From Vicugna vicugna (Eukaryota), in NCBI GenBank assembly GCA_013265495.1, contig MU057887.1:4305668-4336853 (forward strand): 31,186 bases of DNA, read 5' to 3'. Under the pieces are notes generated by a model. The model saw only the letters and a list, made by a program, of their open reading frames with translations. It had not been told where the DNA came from and did no database searches. Both the position numbers and the translations under genes were made by a program. The first letter of the stretch is position 1. Every line of letters begins with the position of its first letter. Below, piece after piece: positions 11,601 through 21,654 of this stretch.

Positions 11601-12464
11601 GAAGAAAACGCGCAAGGAGCAGGGAAAGCGTGTGACGGGAAGAGGGCTGAGCTCCCGTGAGCGGCGCTAACCAAGGCAACGCCGCGGCACTCCCGCGCCC
11701 CGCTTCGCGAGGGCCTCCTAACGCTCCCGCGGCGCCCGGAACGCGCAGCGAGGGCCAGAGGACAGCCAGGCTCCACCCCGCCCAAACCCGCCCCAAAGAC
11801 CCGGCCGCAGCGTCAGAACAGGACAGGAGGCCTCGGGCAGCACCTTCCTCCCCGACTCCCACGGGCTTCGTGGGAAGGGGCACAGGCGACAGCGGACGTG
11901 TCACTGCCCCGTAAGCTGACCCGGCAGGGCTCCCACCTCTGCGCGGGGACACCGGAGCCTGTGAGCGGACGCTTCTCTCTCCGGGGCAGCGCCGGGCCCT
12001 CTCGCCGGCCCCCCAGCCCCCGGGTCCCGGGGAGGAAGGAGGGGCCGGCGCCTGAGGGAAGAGGGCGCGGACCACGCTCGACCCCCACCCCACCTCGGGA
12101 ACGCGCCTGTCGCGTCTGCCCACGCGACTGTGAGTTCACACAGACACGCACTCACCGCGGACAGCGGAGTTCGGCAGAGTTTCCAGCAGCAGCTCCCGCG
12201 GCCTCTCCCGCCTCTCCCGCGGGAGCGGCTGGGGCTTCTCGGGGATCGGAGGCCACGCCCACTCCTGTGGGGCCGGGGGAGGGGAAGGGAGTGGGAGGAG
12301 CGCCTCCCAGAGCTGACCTGCCCCAACCCCAGAAATGGCTGCAACCCTCTAGCTCCAGAGGGGACCCCACTGTGGGGACAGCACTGCCCCGTTGGGGGCC
12401 ACGCAGCCTCACAGCCAACAGTCTGAAGGGACCTGACCCTCACAGAGAACGTGAGAGTATCCAG

Positions 12465-12602
12465 ACTGTGACCATGGCATCTAGTGGTCAGAGGTGAGGA
12501 CACAGGTTGTCCTGGGTGTCACCACGGGGCCCAGGGGTCAGAGGATGAGGACATCCTGGATGTGACCACAGGGCCAAGGATCGGAGGACAGCGGTGTGAG
12601 GA
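12465..12602. repeat. Degenerate minisatellite (about 3 units)
   Basis: Recurring 'gtgaccac/tgg..ggtcagagg(a)tgaggaca..tcctgg'. Confidence 0.6.
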
Positions 12603-12664
12603 TGACCAGACTGCCTGACTGGGCTCTGGTCACTGACCAGACTGCCTGACTGGGCTCTGGTCAC
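12603..12664. repeat. Perfect 31-bp tandem duplication
   Basis: (tgaccagactgcctgactgggctctggtcac)2. Confidence 0.95.
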
Positions 12665-14199
12665 TGTCCATCACTGCAGTCACTGGACCCCAGTGCCAGA
12701 GCATCATCCCTGAGATGTCCATGCCTGTGATTTCTGAGCATGTTGGTCAACAAACGACCAGGTCCTCCATTGAAGTGCTGGCCCTTCTACCCTGAGTGGC
12801 CCTTGCCAGGCGCCAACCAGAGTGTGTGGTCTCAGGGGCTACAAGTGGATCCCCAGGGCAAATCCACACCTGGACCCTGAGGTGACCACAGCCCAGGAGG
12901 GTGGGTTCCTCACATCTGTCATCCTCTCAGGGAGTGTCTTGCACATCTGCACCCCTCATGCTGGCTGGAGGCCAATGGAACAGAGTGGACAAACGCTGGG
13001 GTGGCTCAGAGGGCTGACTGGGGTGAATTCTCTCGGGGGCCTCTCTCTCACTCTTGACTGTACCCTTGTCCCTCAGTCACCGCTGCACATGGACTTTGGG
13101 CTGCTGTCCTCTTATGGGGATGTCCACTCAGCTGCCCAACAGCATCCATCTGACTCCTCTTTCCCTCCCTCCCTCCACCTCCTACCCTTCATATTTCCTG
13201 CCCCGCCCCTGCTCTCCCTCCCCTGGCCCCAAGCTCTCCTCTCTGCACCCTCCACAGCCCAGGGCCCCAGGTGGAGCCTGTAAAAGGGGGCCTTGACTTC
13301 CTCCTCCCCTGCTCCCCACACTGCCTGAAGGCTAAACCCTCACTCCTGGCCAATGCTCACCTTCCCCCAGGTGAGGTTTCCTCCTGTCCTTCACCCGCCT
13401 GCCTTCAGGGGGCAGAATCATGGCCCAAAGTTGTCAAATCCTGGAGCCTGGGACTTCATCAGGCTCCCTGAAAGAGGGGAATTAGGTTGCAGAGCAGCTG
13501 AGTGTGGAGCAGGGGAAGTTTCCTCATCACCCAGGTGGTGGTGCAATCACAGGGCTGTAAATGTGGATGAGGGGCAGGATGGGTGTCAGTGACTCTGTGG
13601 GAAGGACTCCCTCACCATTGCTGGGAGGAAGAGTCCCGAGCCAAGGATGCAGGGCTCCAGTAACTGGAAAGACAGGACAGGGACCCTCCCCTGGAGCCCC
13701 CGGAAGGAACCACCCTGCCCACACCTGCACCAGTCCAGAGAGACTACGTGGGACTTGTGACCTACCAGACTTTTGTGGAAGCTGTAACAGCAGCTGCGGG
13801 GGACTAATGCAGTGTCTCTTTCCTGCAGCTGCTTCCCCTGCCTGATTCTGCCCTCCACCTCCTTCCTCCAGTCCAGCTCAGAGGCTGCCTCCTCCATGCA
13901 GCCCGCCCAGCTGTACCGAGGCCAGAAGTTCTTTCTCTCCCTGTTCCCAGCATCCAGGCCCTTATCCTGCTGCCCCTCACACCCTCACACATGGGGATGA
14001 AAGCTACCTCTGTGTCATTCCTGCTATAAGGGCACAGGGACCAGGTCCCACATATGCTTGTGGCCCAGACAGTCGGAGCAATACCTCCTACAGAGCAGCT
14101 GATCTGTCTCAGAGATAAAGACCCCGACATCATCCAATGCAACAACCACATCAATTTCCTAAGCATGGAGAGTGGGAGGCTTTTCTAAAAAATCTTGGC

Positions 14200-14550
14200 A
14201 TAGATTTTTTTATTGTTAAATATTGTTTTGTTTTCAAGGGAACAATTCAGTAGTGTTTATCATACTCACAGTGCCTGCAAGCACCACCTCTCTCTGGTTC
14301 CAGCACATCCTCATCCCCTAAAGGAGACCCCATCCCACTAACCACTCACTCCCCATATCCCCTCCCTTTCCCCTGAAAACACCAGATTACTTTTGTCCCC
14401 ATAGATTTGCCTGCTGTGTACATTTCATGTAAATGGAACCAAGGAAATGTGACATTGGTGTCTGTCTTCTCTCCTGAGCATCATATCCTCAGGGTTCCTC
14501 CACGTTGCAGCAGGTGTCAGGGCTTTGTTCCTGCCGAGCCATTTTCCACT
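14200..14550 (-). mobile_element. L1MB-type 3' end
   Basis: 'tactcacagtg..accacctctctctggttccag..atagatttgcctg..acatttcatgtaaatggaa..ggttcctccacgttgcagca'. Confidence 0.8.
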
Positions 14551-14811
14551 AGGGAATGAGAGTAACTGTCACTTCAAACAGAAGTGACAACCTGTACACC
14601 CCATTCTGACAGAGCAACCCCAGGGGAACAGTGGAACCTCATTACATTAGATGTTCTTTTGGGGGATCTGGACAAACACACAACCTGCCCCCCTCCTAAC
14701 AAACCATCACACTGAGCACAGGGGACCCAGGTAAAGGTAGGGGGTACATGTGAGGCAGAGGGCCCAGAGGTGGAGACTCAGGGAAACCTGCATCACTCCT
14801 CGCTGACCCAC

Positions 14812-14940
14812 TGACCCTATCTGGGCCCCTACCCTACTGTGGACGTCCCCACATCTAAGCCCTGGCCCCCTCCATCTGAGCCCTGACCCCACAGTGGATG
14901 TCCCCGCATCTGAGCCCTGACCTCATGGTGGACATCCTTC
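14812..14940. repeat. Degenerate ~35-bp minisatellite
   Basis: Repeated 'catctgagccctgacccca..gtggac/tgtcccc'. Confidence 0.65.
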
Positions 14941-15149
14941 CCATGTGGTTCCTGCAGCCCCGTGGCAGCCCCTAGCCTTATTCTCCTCCTCCTTCTCTTC
15001 TTGTCTCTGATCAGCCTGCCTGTGGGTCCCAGAAGTGTTGGTCCAAACTCTGGAATGGCTCACCTGGGTCAGCCCCATCCCTGCCTCTTGACTTTGGACA
15101 TAACCTTTGTCCCTTCCGTCCTTGGTTCCTGCCAGGAATCGGGGGTGTC

Positions 15150-15549
15150 ACAGTGACATTTATCTCATTACACCTTCATTGTAATACTAAAAATCGCTCC
15201 ACTTACACCGTGACAATTCTGAGGTGGACCATAAAAGGCCAGAAAGTGGGCAGTGGCCCAATTCCTGGGAAATCCCCACCCATCCCCCAAATAGCAAGAC
15301 TATTCCTCCCACTTGTTAGCCTGGGAAATTACTTAACCCATAAAAACTTATGAACCCCGTGCCCTGGGGCTGCTCTCACTTCCTGAGTAGTCCACTTTCT
15401 GCTTATGCCTGACTCTCTAAATAAGCTTGCTTTCCCTCTACTAAGGCTCGCTCTTGAATTCTTTCCTGTGCGAAGCCAAGAACCGTCACTAAGTGGTCTG
15501 TCCTGAGGACCCCTGCAGGTCCCAGGACATGACACTTTCCATGCCAGCA
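15150..15549 (+). mobile_element. ERV1-type (MER41-like) LTR, ends approximate
   Basis: 'tcattgtaatactaaaaatc', TATA-like 'cataaaaa', 'aataagcttgctttc..ctcgctcttgaattctttcctgtgcgaagccaagaacc'. Confidence 0.75.
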
Positions 15550-15704
15550 ATGGTAGGGACTGGGGATGAGAGTGGTCACTCCAGCATCACTCAGCTCCTC
15601 CTCTCAGTGACCAGGAGAGGGAAGGCTAGAGGAGCCCAAGGCCCAACATAGGTGAAGCTCACCCCACCCCACCACAGGGACCCCTCCGGCCCCATCCTGC
15701 TTAC

Positions 15705-15856
15705 TCAGGCCCACCGTCTGCACCCCCCCAGTATCCATGTCCCACTGACCCACATTCCTGGTGTGAATGTCCACGTACACAAGCTGCTTCCCACAGAGGA
15801 TATCCACCTCCCTCCAGCTGTCATTCTCCCTGACAACAACCTGGACCCTGCACGTC
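15705..15856 (-). other. Candidate 152-bp coding exon of unknown gene (phase 2 to phase 1)
   Basis: Acceptor ttcctccttctcag, donor TGA|GTAAGC. Open frame TCRVQVVVRENDSWREVDILCGKQLVYVDIHTRNVGQWDMDTGGVQTVGL, in which 39 of 50 codons end in G/C and none in A. Confidence 0.4.
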
Positions 15857-16174
15857 CTGAGAAGGAGGAAACCGAGGAAGAGGCTGGTCTGTCCTGCCCA
15901 CCTCCTGGGGGCCACTGAGCCTTGAGGTCTGGATGCTTCCAGGTGTGGGATGAACCTGCCACTGCTCATTGGAGCCTCCTCCTCTGAGATCCAGGAAATA
16001 GGAGGACCCATTAAAATGAGCCCATCCCAAGGATCAAGCCCACTTGGATTTGCCCTCCTGACCCTAAACTAAGACCTGCGGAAAACAGAGCCTGTGATTC
16101 CCCTAAAGCTCGTTCTGCAAAGTTTCTACCAGATCCCTTTCTACCCTGTTCTGAGCAAAGTGCTAGTCAATCCA

Positions 16175-16285
16175 CACTGCCGTCCCCTCATGAGCAGACC
16201 GGGAAGCTGAGGCTCCGAGGAGCCAAGTGACTGCCCAGAAGCACAGATGTGGATCCACAGAGTGGAGTCTGTGCTCACCACCTGC
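16175..16285 (-). mobile_element. MIR fragment
   Basis: 'caga..gggaagctgaggctccgagga..aagtgactgcccagaagcacag'. Confidence 0.6.
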
Positions 16286-17420
16286 CCATGGTGGCCCCCA
16301 GCAGGTTCCACATCCCCCCTCTGAGGGACCAGCTCACAGAGCCTCCTCTTAGGAGGACTCGCCTTGCAAAACCTTCTCTTCAGTGGAACTCATTACAAAA
16401 CCTTCCTTTAACAAGATTCATCTTACAATCCTGTTTTTAGGGTCACCCAGGAGGCTTGTCACCCTGAAGTGGGTTCAGCCTTGTTTACGAGGGCAGCTTT
16501 CTGGAGTCACACTCACCGCCTTCTTGTGAACTCCCAACTCAGGCCCAGAAAGACCCCCTCGAGCCCCGAGCCTCATGGCTCTGCCTGTGTCCCTGCTCCC
16601 CTCCTGCCTGGTCCCTCCCTCCCGTGTCCCCTGCAGAGTCACCAGGAGCTCCCACCTGCCCAAGGCAGGCTGCCTGCTCTGCTTTGGGGAGGCCTCTGCT
16701 GTGTCAGGTAGAAGAAACAGGAGGTACCTGTGGGGCCATCCTCACACAGCACAGAAGCCAGCACCCACCTACTGACCTGGTAAGTCTTGATAGGCCTGGG
16801 TGGGGCTCAGAAACCTGGAACATCTCTTGGTTCTCATCTCATTCCAGCACTGCCCGGGGCGAGTAGCTAAACAACTCTGCCAGCAGCAAAGTGAGGATGT
16901 GTGTTCTCAGGCCCCTCCCAGGATATGGTGCTCACCTGGCCAGGAACCCAGCAGCCCATGGGGTTCACATGGGTGGGCACTGGGAGGCCCCAGGTGTTTG
17001 AGCTCAGCAACCAGGGAAGGTGGGGCTGCCTCCTGGGGTGTGGGGAGCGGCAGGATCACAGTCCTGTGAGGGGCCTGTTAGCCAAGGTGAAAGGGGACGC
17101 AAGGATGCAGCGGTTGGAGAGATGCATCTGGCCTGGGAGAGGGGTCCAGAGAGGAAGGGGAGAGACTGGGTGGGGGCAGGTGGGTTACAGCAGATTCCAT
17201 GCAGGGGACTGCAGTCCTGATGGAAGCAACTCAGAGCTGGAGAGGAGTGGCCGGCAGGTAGTCAACTTAATTCTATTCCTTGGTAAAGCTGCTGTGTCAG
17301 AGTTTGAAACACCACCAGGAGACCCTGAGCCCAGTTCTGCCCTGGCTTTGTCCAAGGGGCTCAAGTGGAAAACAGAACCACTGCAGGCCCTGCCCATGTC
17401 CCCACGGAGAACGAATCCCA

Positions 17421-17473
17421 TCAGCGTTAGGGTTAGGGTAAGGGTTAAGGATCAGGGTCAGGGTCAGGGTCAG
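17421..17473 (+). repeat. Short interstitial telomere-like repeat
   Basis: tcagcg ttaggg ttaggg taaggg ttaagga tcaggg tcaggg tcaggg tcag. Confidence 0.8.
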
Positions 17474-19490
17474 TCCTCTGGGGACCAAAGCATTTCCATC
17501 CACCGCATTGGCTGCCACGTGCAGTGGCAGGGCCAGCGGCTGGGGGGCCATGTGGATGCTGTGGGGTATCCACGGCGGTTCATGGTTCTCGTCTGAGACA
17601 CAGAGGGAAGGACCCTGGTCCTAGGGCACCGCTGGGAGACACAGGGTCCTGCCTCCCCAGCAGGACCCACCAGGAGGCCGTCCCAGGGTCTGAGGTGCTG
17701 AGGTTCCCACAGCCAACAAACAGGTGAGGGCTGAGGCCTCAGAGGCCCTGACTAGTGAGGGGCCTGGTGAAGAGCTGGAAATTCTGACAATATGAACAGT
17801 GCATGTTCTGCTGTCCTGGATGCCACAAATTACTATTCTCAATGTGAGAAATTCATACACACCCAGACAGGCAGGTACAATATACAGGAGGTAGTCTGCC
17901 CAGAAGCGCCTGCCCTGTGTATGCTCTGGTGAAAATCATGTGACTGGATGTCCCCCTGACATCAGGACACAACTGCTTAGATTTCTACTCAGCAGTTTGT
18001 CCCTCTCAATTTTTATTTCAGCATTTCCTATTTAAAATTTGGATTGCACCAATTCTTGCTTCCAAACCACAATGGCTCTGTTGCTGGGTCCTCTAATGAG
18101 GGAGATAATCTGGCCTGCACAGCTGTAGAAGGATTCGCTTTCTCCCCTGAGCCCCCAGGTGGGAAACCCTTGGGAACAGTTACGGAGGAAAGTCCAGGCA
18201 GGACCATCTGTCCAGCAAGCCCTTGGGCTGCCGAGCTGGATTTTCACACCCAAGAGGGAAGTAACCCACCTCCTGCATGCATTTTGTGAAACACCACCCA
18301 CTGTTACCAACAGGACTGGGGCACACGTCATGTCAAGACAAGAAGGCAGGATGTGGGCGTGAGCCCTCTGGCTCCTCAGGTGTGAGAAGGCATCTCCCAG
18401 GTGTACACTCAGCCCTGAACTTTGCTGACCTTCTGCCTTGAATAGACTCATACTCTCTGGATAGTGACGTGGGTCCTGGAGTCAACCAGTCTGATAGGAG
18501 TCTGCACAAAAGCATCCCGGGGACCAGTGCTCCAGACGCCCAGCCATGGACACCTGCTGACATTTATCAAGTGCTTACAGCGCGCTCAGGGAGAAGGAAG
18601 AAGCTGTTTTCCTCTATTTCCAGCGCAAATCAGAGATGGACAAGTCCATTTGAATCAACCACAGGAGTTTTCAGAAAAGATGTTTTCCTGATACAATGAA
18701 GGACATCTCGAAGAGAAGTTACCTCATCTCTTTGGGGGGAGGGAAGATGGGTTTATATAACCCATCTTTTCTTATCACAAATAATTTAAAATATAATGCC
18801 AATGTAAAGTGGATTTTAGTGGACTTAACTGAAATCCTTATTGCCCCACTAAATACAGTGTGGAGTAGCAATCGGCTCAGCGCTCATTTTGTATGGGAAG
18901 AAAAAGGGGTTCCTCCTGGTGCCCTAGCCACCTGAAAAGGGGGTGACACAGACCACGGGGAGCTTTTAAATTTAGGATATTGTGCAAAAGAAAATCTGGG
19001 ATTATGTCAAGTGCAGTCAGGCACTATAAAGGGTTGTTAAAATTAAGAACTTTGCTGTTGAAATTGTTAGGCTTAATGCTGCAGAGCTACGAAGAGTCGC
19101 CAGTAGACATTTGTGATATTTACATTTTTATCTCATCAAGCAATTAAAATAGAGGTCATTTCAGGGGAAATTTTTTTTATCATAGAAAATTGAGTTGAAA
19201 GTAAGCACTTTCTTATTTCAATAGTTGAAATCTATTCTCAGACACACACATTTTCCCAGCTGTGCTGTGAGCAGAGTCCGGGAGATTCAGTGCGGCATCT
19301 GCCCAGAGAGGGGAGGGCCCTCCTGGCTCCGACCACTGCCGGCCTCGCGGTGCCCTGGAAACCAAGGTTAAGCGGCAGAGTTGCTGCCTTTGAAATTTGT
19401 GTACTGAGTGTTTAGTTCCACCTTCTGGTTGAGGAACTCAACGCCCTTTAAAATGAGTGAAAGCCTGCACGTGAATGGTGTGTTATGATT

Positions 19491-19536
19491 GCTGCAAATT
19501 GTTTTAATCTAAGCTGCAAATGCTTTAATCTAAGCT
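19491..19536. repeat. ~22-bp tandem duplication
   Basis: gctgcaaattgttttaatctaa / gctgcaaatgctttaatctaa followed by gctg. Confidence 0.8.
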
Positions 19537-21654
19537 GGCAAAGTTGGTTACTTCGCTAATAGCAGGTTCTGAAATGATCAGACTTTTGGAATTTAAAGTT
19601 CCAGAAATGCACATCATTAGTGCTTTATCAGCCTAAACTATTATACAACTTTGATCTAACTCACAAAACTGAGTGCACATTGTAGGCGGCTTGTGTGTCT
19701 GAACATTTGTGTTTGCTGAAAAGATAATAATTACAGCACATAAAAATAGTTGTCTGGTGTAATTTTACTTTTTCCTTCTTTTCTCTTAAAACTGTCAAAA
19801 ACTCTAAAGTTTTTGCTTACCTAGTTAACAGAAACCAGCAATATTTTTATTTTATTTTGGCTACTTGTTACATAATTCAGATAGTTACTAAAGGAACAGG
19901 ATCATACCAGCAAATATTTTAAATTTTAGTTTATCATTTTTATATAAATGCCAGTGAATTATTTCCTGAGTGGGTGAGATGCGTACAATGTTTAAAAGCA
20001 ACTTCTGGTGTTTGTGGAGAAGCATTTTAAAAAATATTTTTTGAGGTGAATTTGAGTTGCAAAGGAGGGGGAATGCCTGTGATAACAAGTGGACAGCAAC
20101 TTGAGAACACGTCAGGACCACAGCCCTGAGCCTCTCAGGCCTCCACCCACCCTAGTTCTGTGGGGGAGGGGGGGGTCTCAGCCCCCAGCCCACGCTGGGG
20201 TACGTGCCCCTCCACCCACAACTCATTTTAGAAACTTTCCTGACTTTCCCGCCTTCCCCTCTCGCTCACACTCCTGTGTCTCCTCATTTTTTGTTGGATC
20301 TCGTGTGTAAACAGCACTAGTAAGTAGTCTCTCCACCCAGAAGAGCAAACTCTGAGAGGCGCTGCTAACCCAGGAGCCCTCCGACCACTTGCCTTGTAAA
20401 CCTGGCAGGGGGAGCCCTGCCCTCTCGAGGCCTGGGGTCTCCTGAACTCCAGGTCCTGCAGCCCTTCCCTGAGGAACTGGCCTCTCACCGAGGCGGCATC
20501 CAGTGCCCTTTGTAAGTTCTCTGGAGTTTTTCTGTGGGTTTCCTTAATGCCAGGAACGTTCTCAATGCTGCTCACTCCCAGCCTTAGAATTCTCTTCTCT
20601 GCAGCCCTGCTTCCTCGTCAGGGTCCTTCCACGAGGCTGCAGGACTGGGCACCACAGGAGGTGTGACCTACGGGGAGCTGAGCCCACAGCATCCATGGCG
20701 CCCTCCAGCCTCAGCTACTTCCTTCATTGCTCTCAGCTGTTTAGGGTCATTTACATTAAAAAAAATTGTGAAGTGTTTAGTAAGACAGTGGTGCATAATT
20801 AACGTGCCCACACCCCACTCCAACCTGCTTGGTTTGCTCCATCCATGAAGCAAGGAGCGTTCTGGGGACGGCCCCTGAAAGGGACACGAAGCTGCCCCTC
20901 TGGTGCATCTGTGGGTGAGCAGAGGTGACCGGAGGGACTGTTGGCCCAAGGTTCCCATCAGTTTATTCTCCAAGTGCTACCCGAGTTGTCCACAAATTAA
21001 AGACTGGCAATTAGAGGGAGCTTCTGGGAGCTATTCAACGCAGCATGGGAAGCGTGCATCTGTGGCCTCTCTCTGAGCAGCACCGCCTCCAACATCCATC
21101 CAGAGTTACTCCCCAAATCCTGCTACTGCGGCCCAGGTGGCGGGAAACCACGGGATGGACCTGTAAACCCTGCGGCGTGCCCTATTGGGGGCGCTGTTGA
21201 ACATGTGTGAAACCATCACAGGTGAAGTAGAAGGTGTCACAACCATGAGGCCACATGGGGAGGAGCAGGGGAGCATCACAGCACAATGGTGCAGTTGGCA
21301 CGGGGGCTCGGGGAGTGACAGAGATGGAGAGGCTTGTGTGTCTTGGCCCTGGAGCTGGAGGTCAAGCCCAAAGCTCACTCACTTCTGGGTTGAACAGGGA
21401 GAAGGTGGCTCCAGCCCCAGACATTTCCGTGGCCACCACCACGATTAACTCTGAAGTTGGCTGTATCATCAGGACTTCAGCACAAAACATCCTTCAGATA
21501 CAGAGGACCTCCCCCAAAGCAGGGCACAGGACAAAGCTCTTTCACTCCTTCCCCTCTGTCTGCAGGACACAAGGGATGACTCCTCTGGGCTTGCCATCCT
21601 TACTGTGGAATCTGGACTTGGAACCTTTCCTATCTGACCTTTAAATTTGCTCAG

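Larger units (their letters stand above)
10450..12330. promoter_or_regulatory. Bipartite CpG island / RABL2 promoter
   Basis: High GC and CpG density at about 10.6-11.3 kb and 11.65-12.3 kb. ETS motif CCGGAAG at 10914-10920, CRE-like TGACGTC near 10711, GC boxes near 11250 and 11775-11795. Confidence 0.9.
14958..17600 (+). pseudogene. Putative decayed type-II transmembrane C-type lectin (CLEC2/KLR-like) gene
   Basis: TM-like exon from 14958 (LILLLLLFLSLISL). Exon 16637-16779 has a strong acceptor and CTG|GTAAGT (phase 1 to 0). Exon 16922-17019 is phase 0 to 2 and reads TWPG...FTWVG. Lectin motifs emerge only when frameshifts are allowed. Confidence 0.35.

Noticed and set aside
10600..12503. 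Many overlapping 85-200 aa ORFs
   Set aside because: Arg/Gly/Pro/Ala-rich by-products of stop-poor CpG-island sequence, with no recognisable domains
12465..12666. CRISPR-like repeat array
   Set aside because: No unique spacers; eukaryotic minisatellite and tandem duplication
15705..15856. Assignment of the orphan exon to kinase, TCL1B, Ras, lipocalin or SRCR families
   Set aside because: Each shares only a few residues by eye, and key motifs or exon boundaries do not fit
16901..17596. 231-aa + strand ORF as a single-exon gene
   Set aside because: Starts at GTG, reads through the telomere-like repeat (VRVRVRV/GQGQG) and has no coherent domain; only sub-segments look exon-like
18040..18200. 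GPSNRAI motif on the minus strand as a second F-type lectin repeat
   Set aside because: Needs an indel and has no supporting downstream motifs
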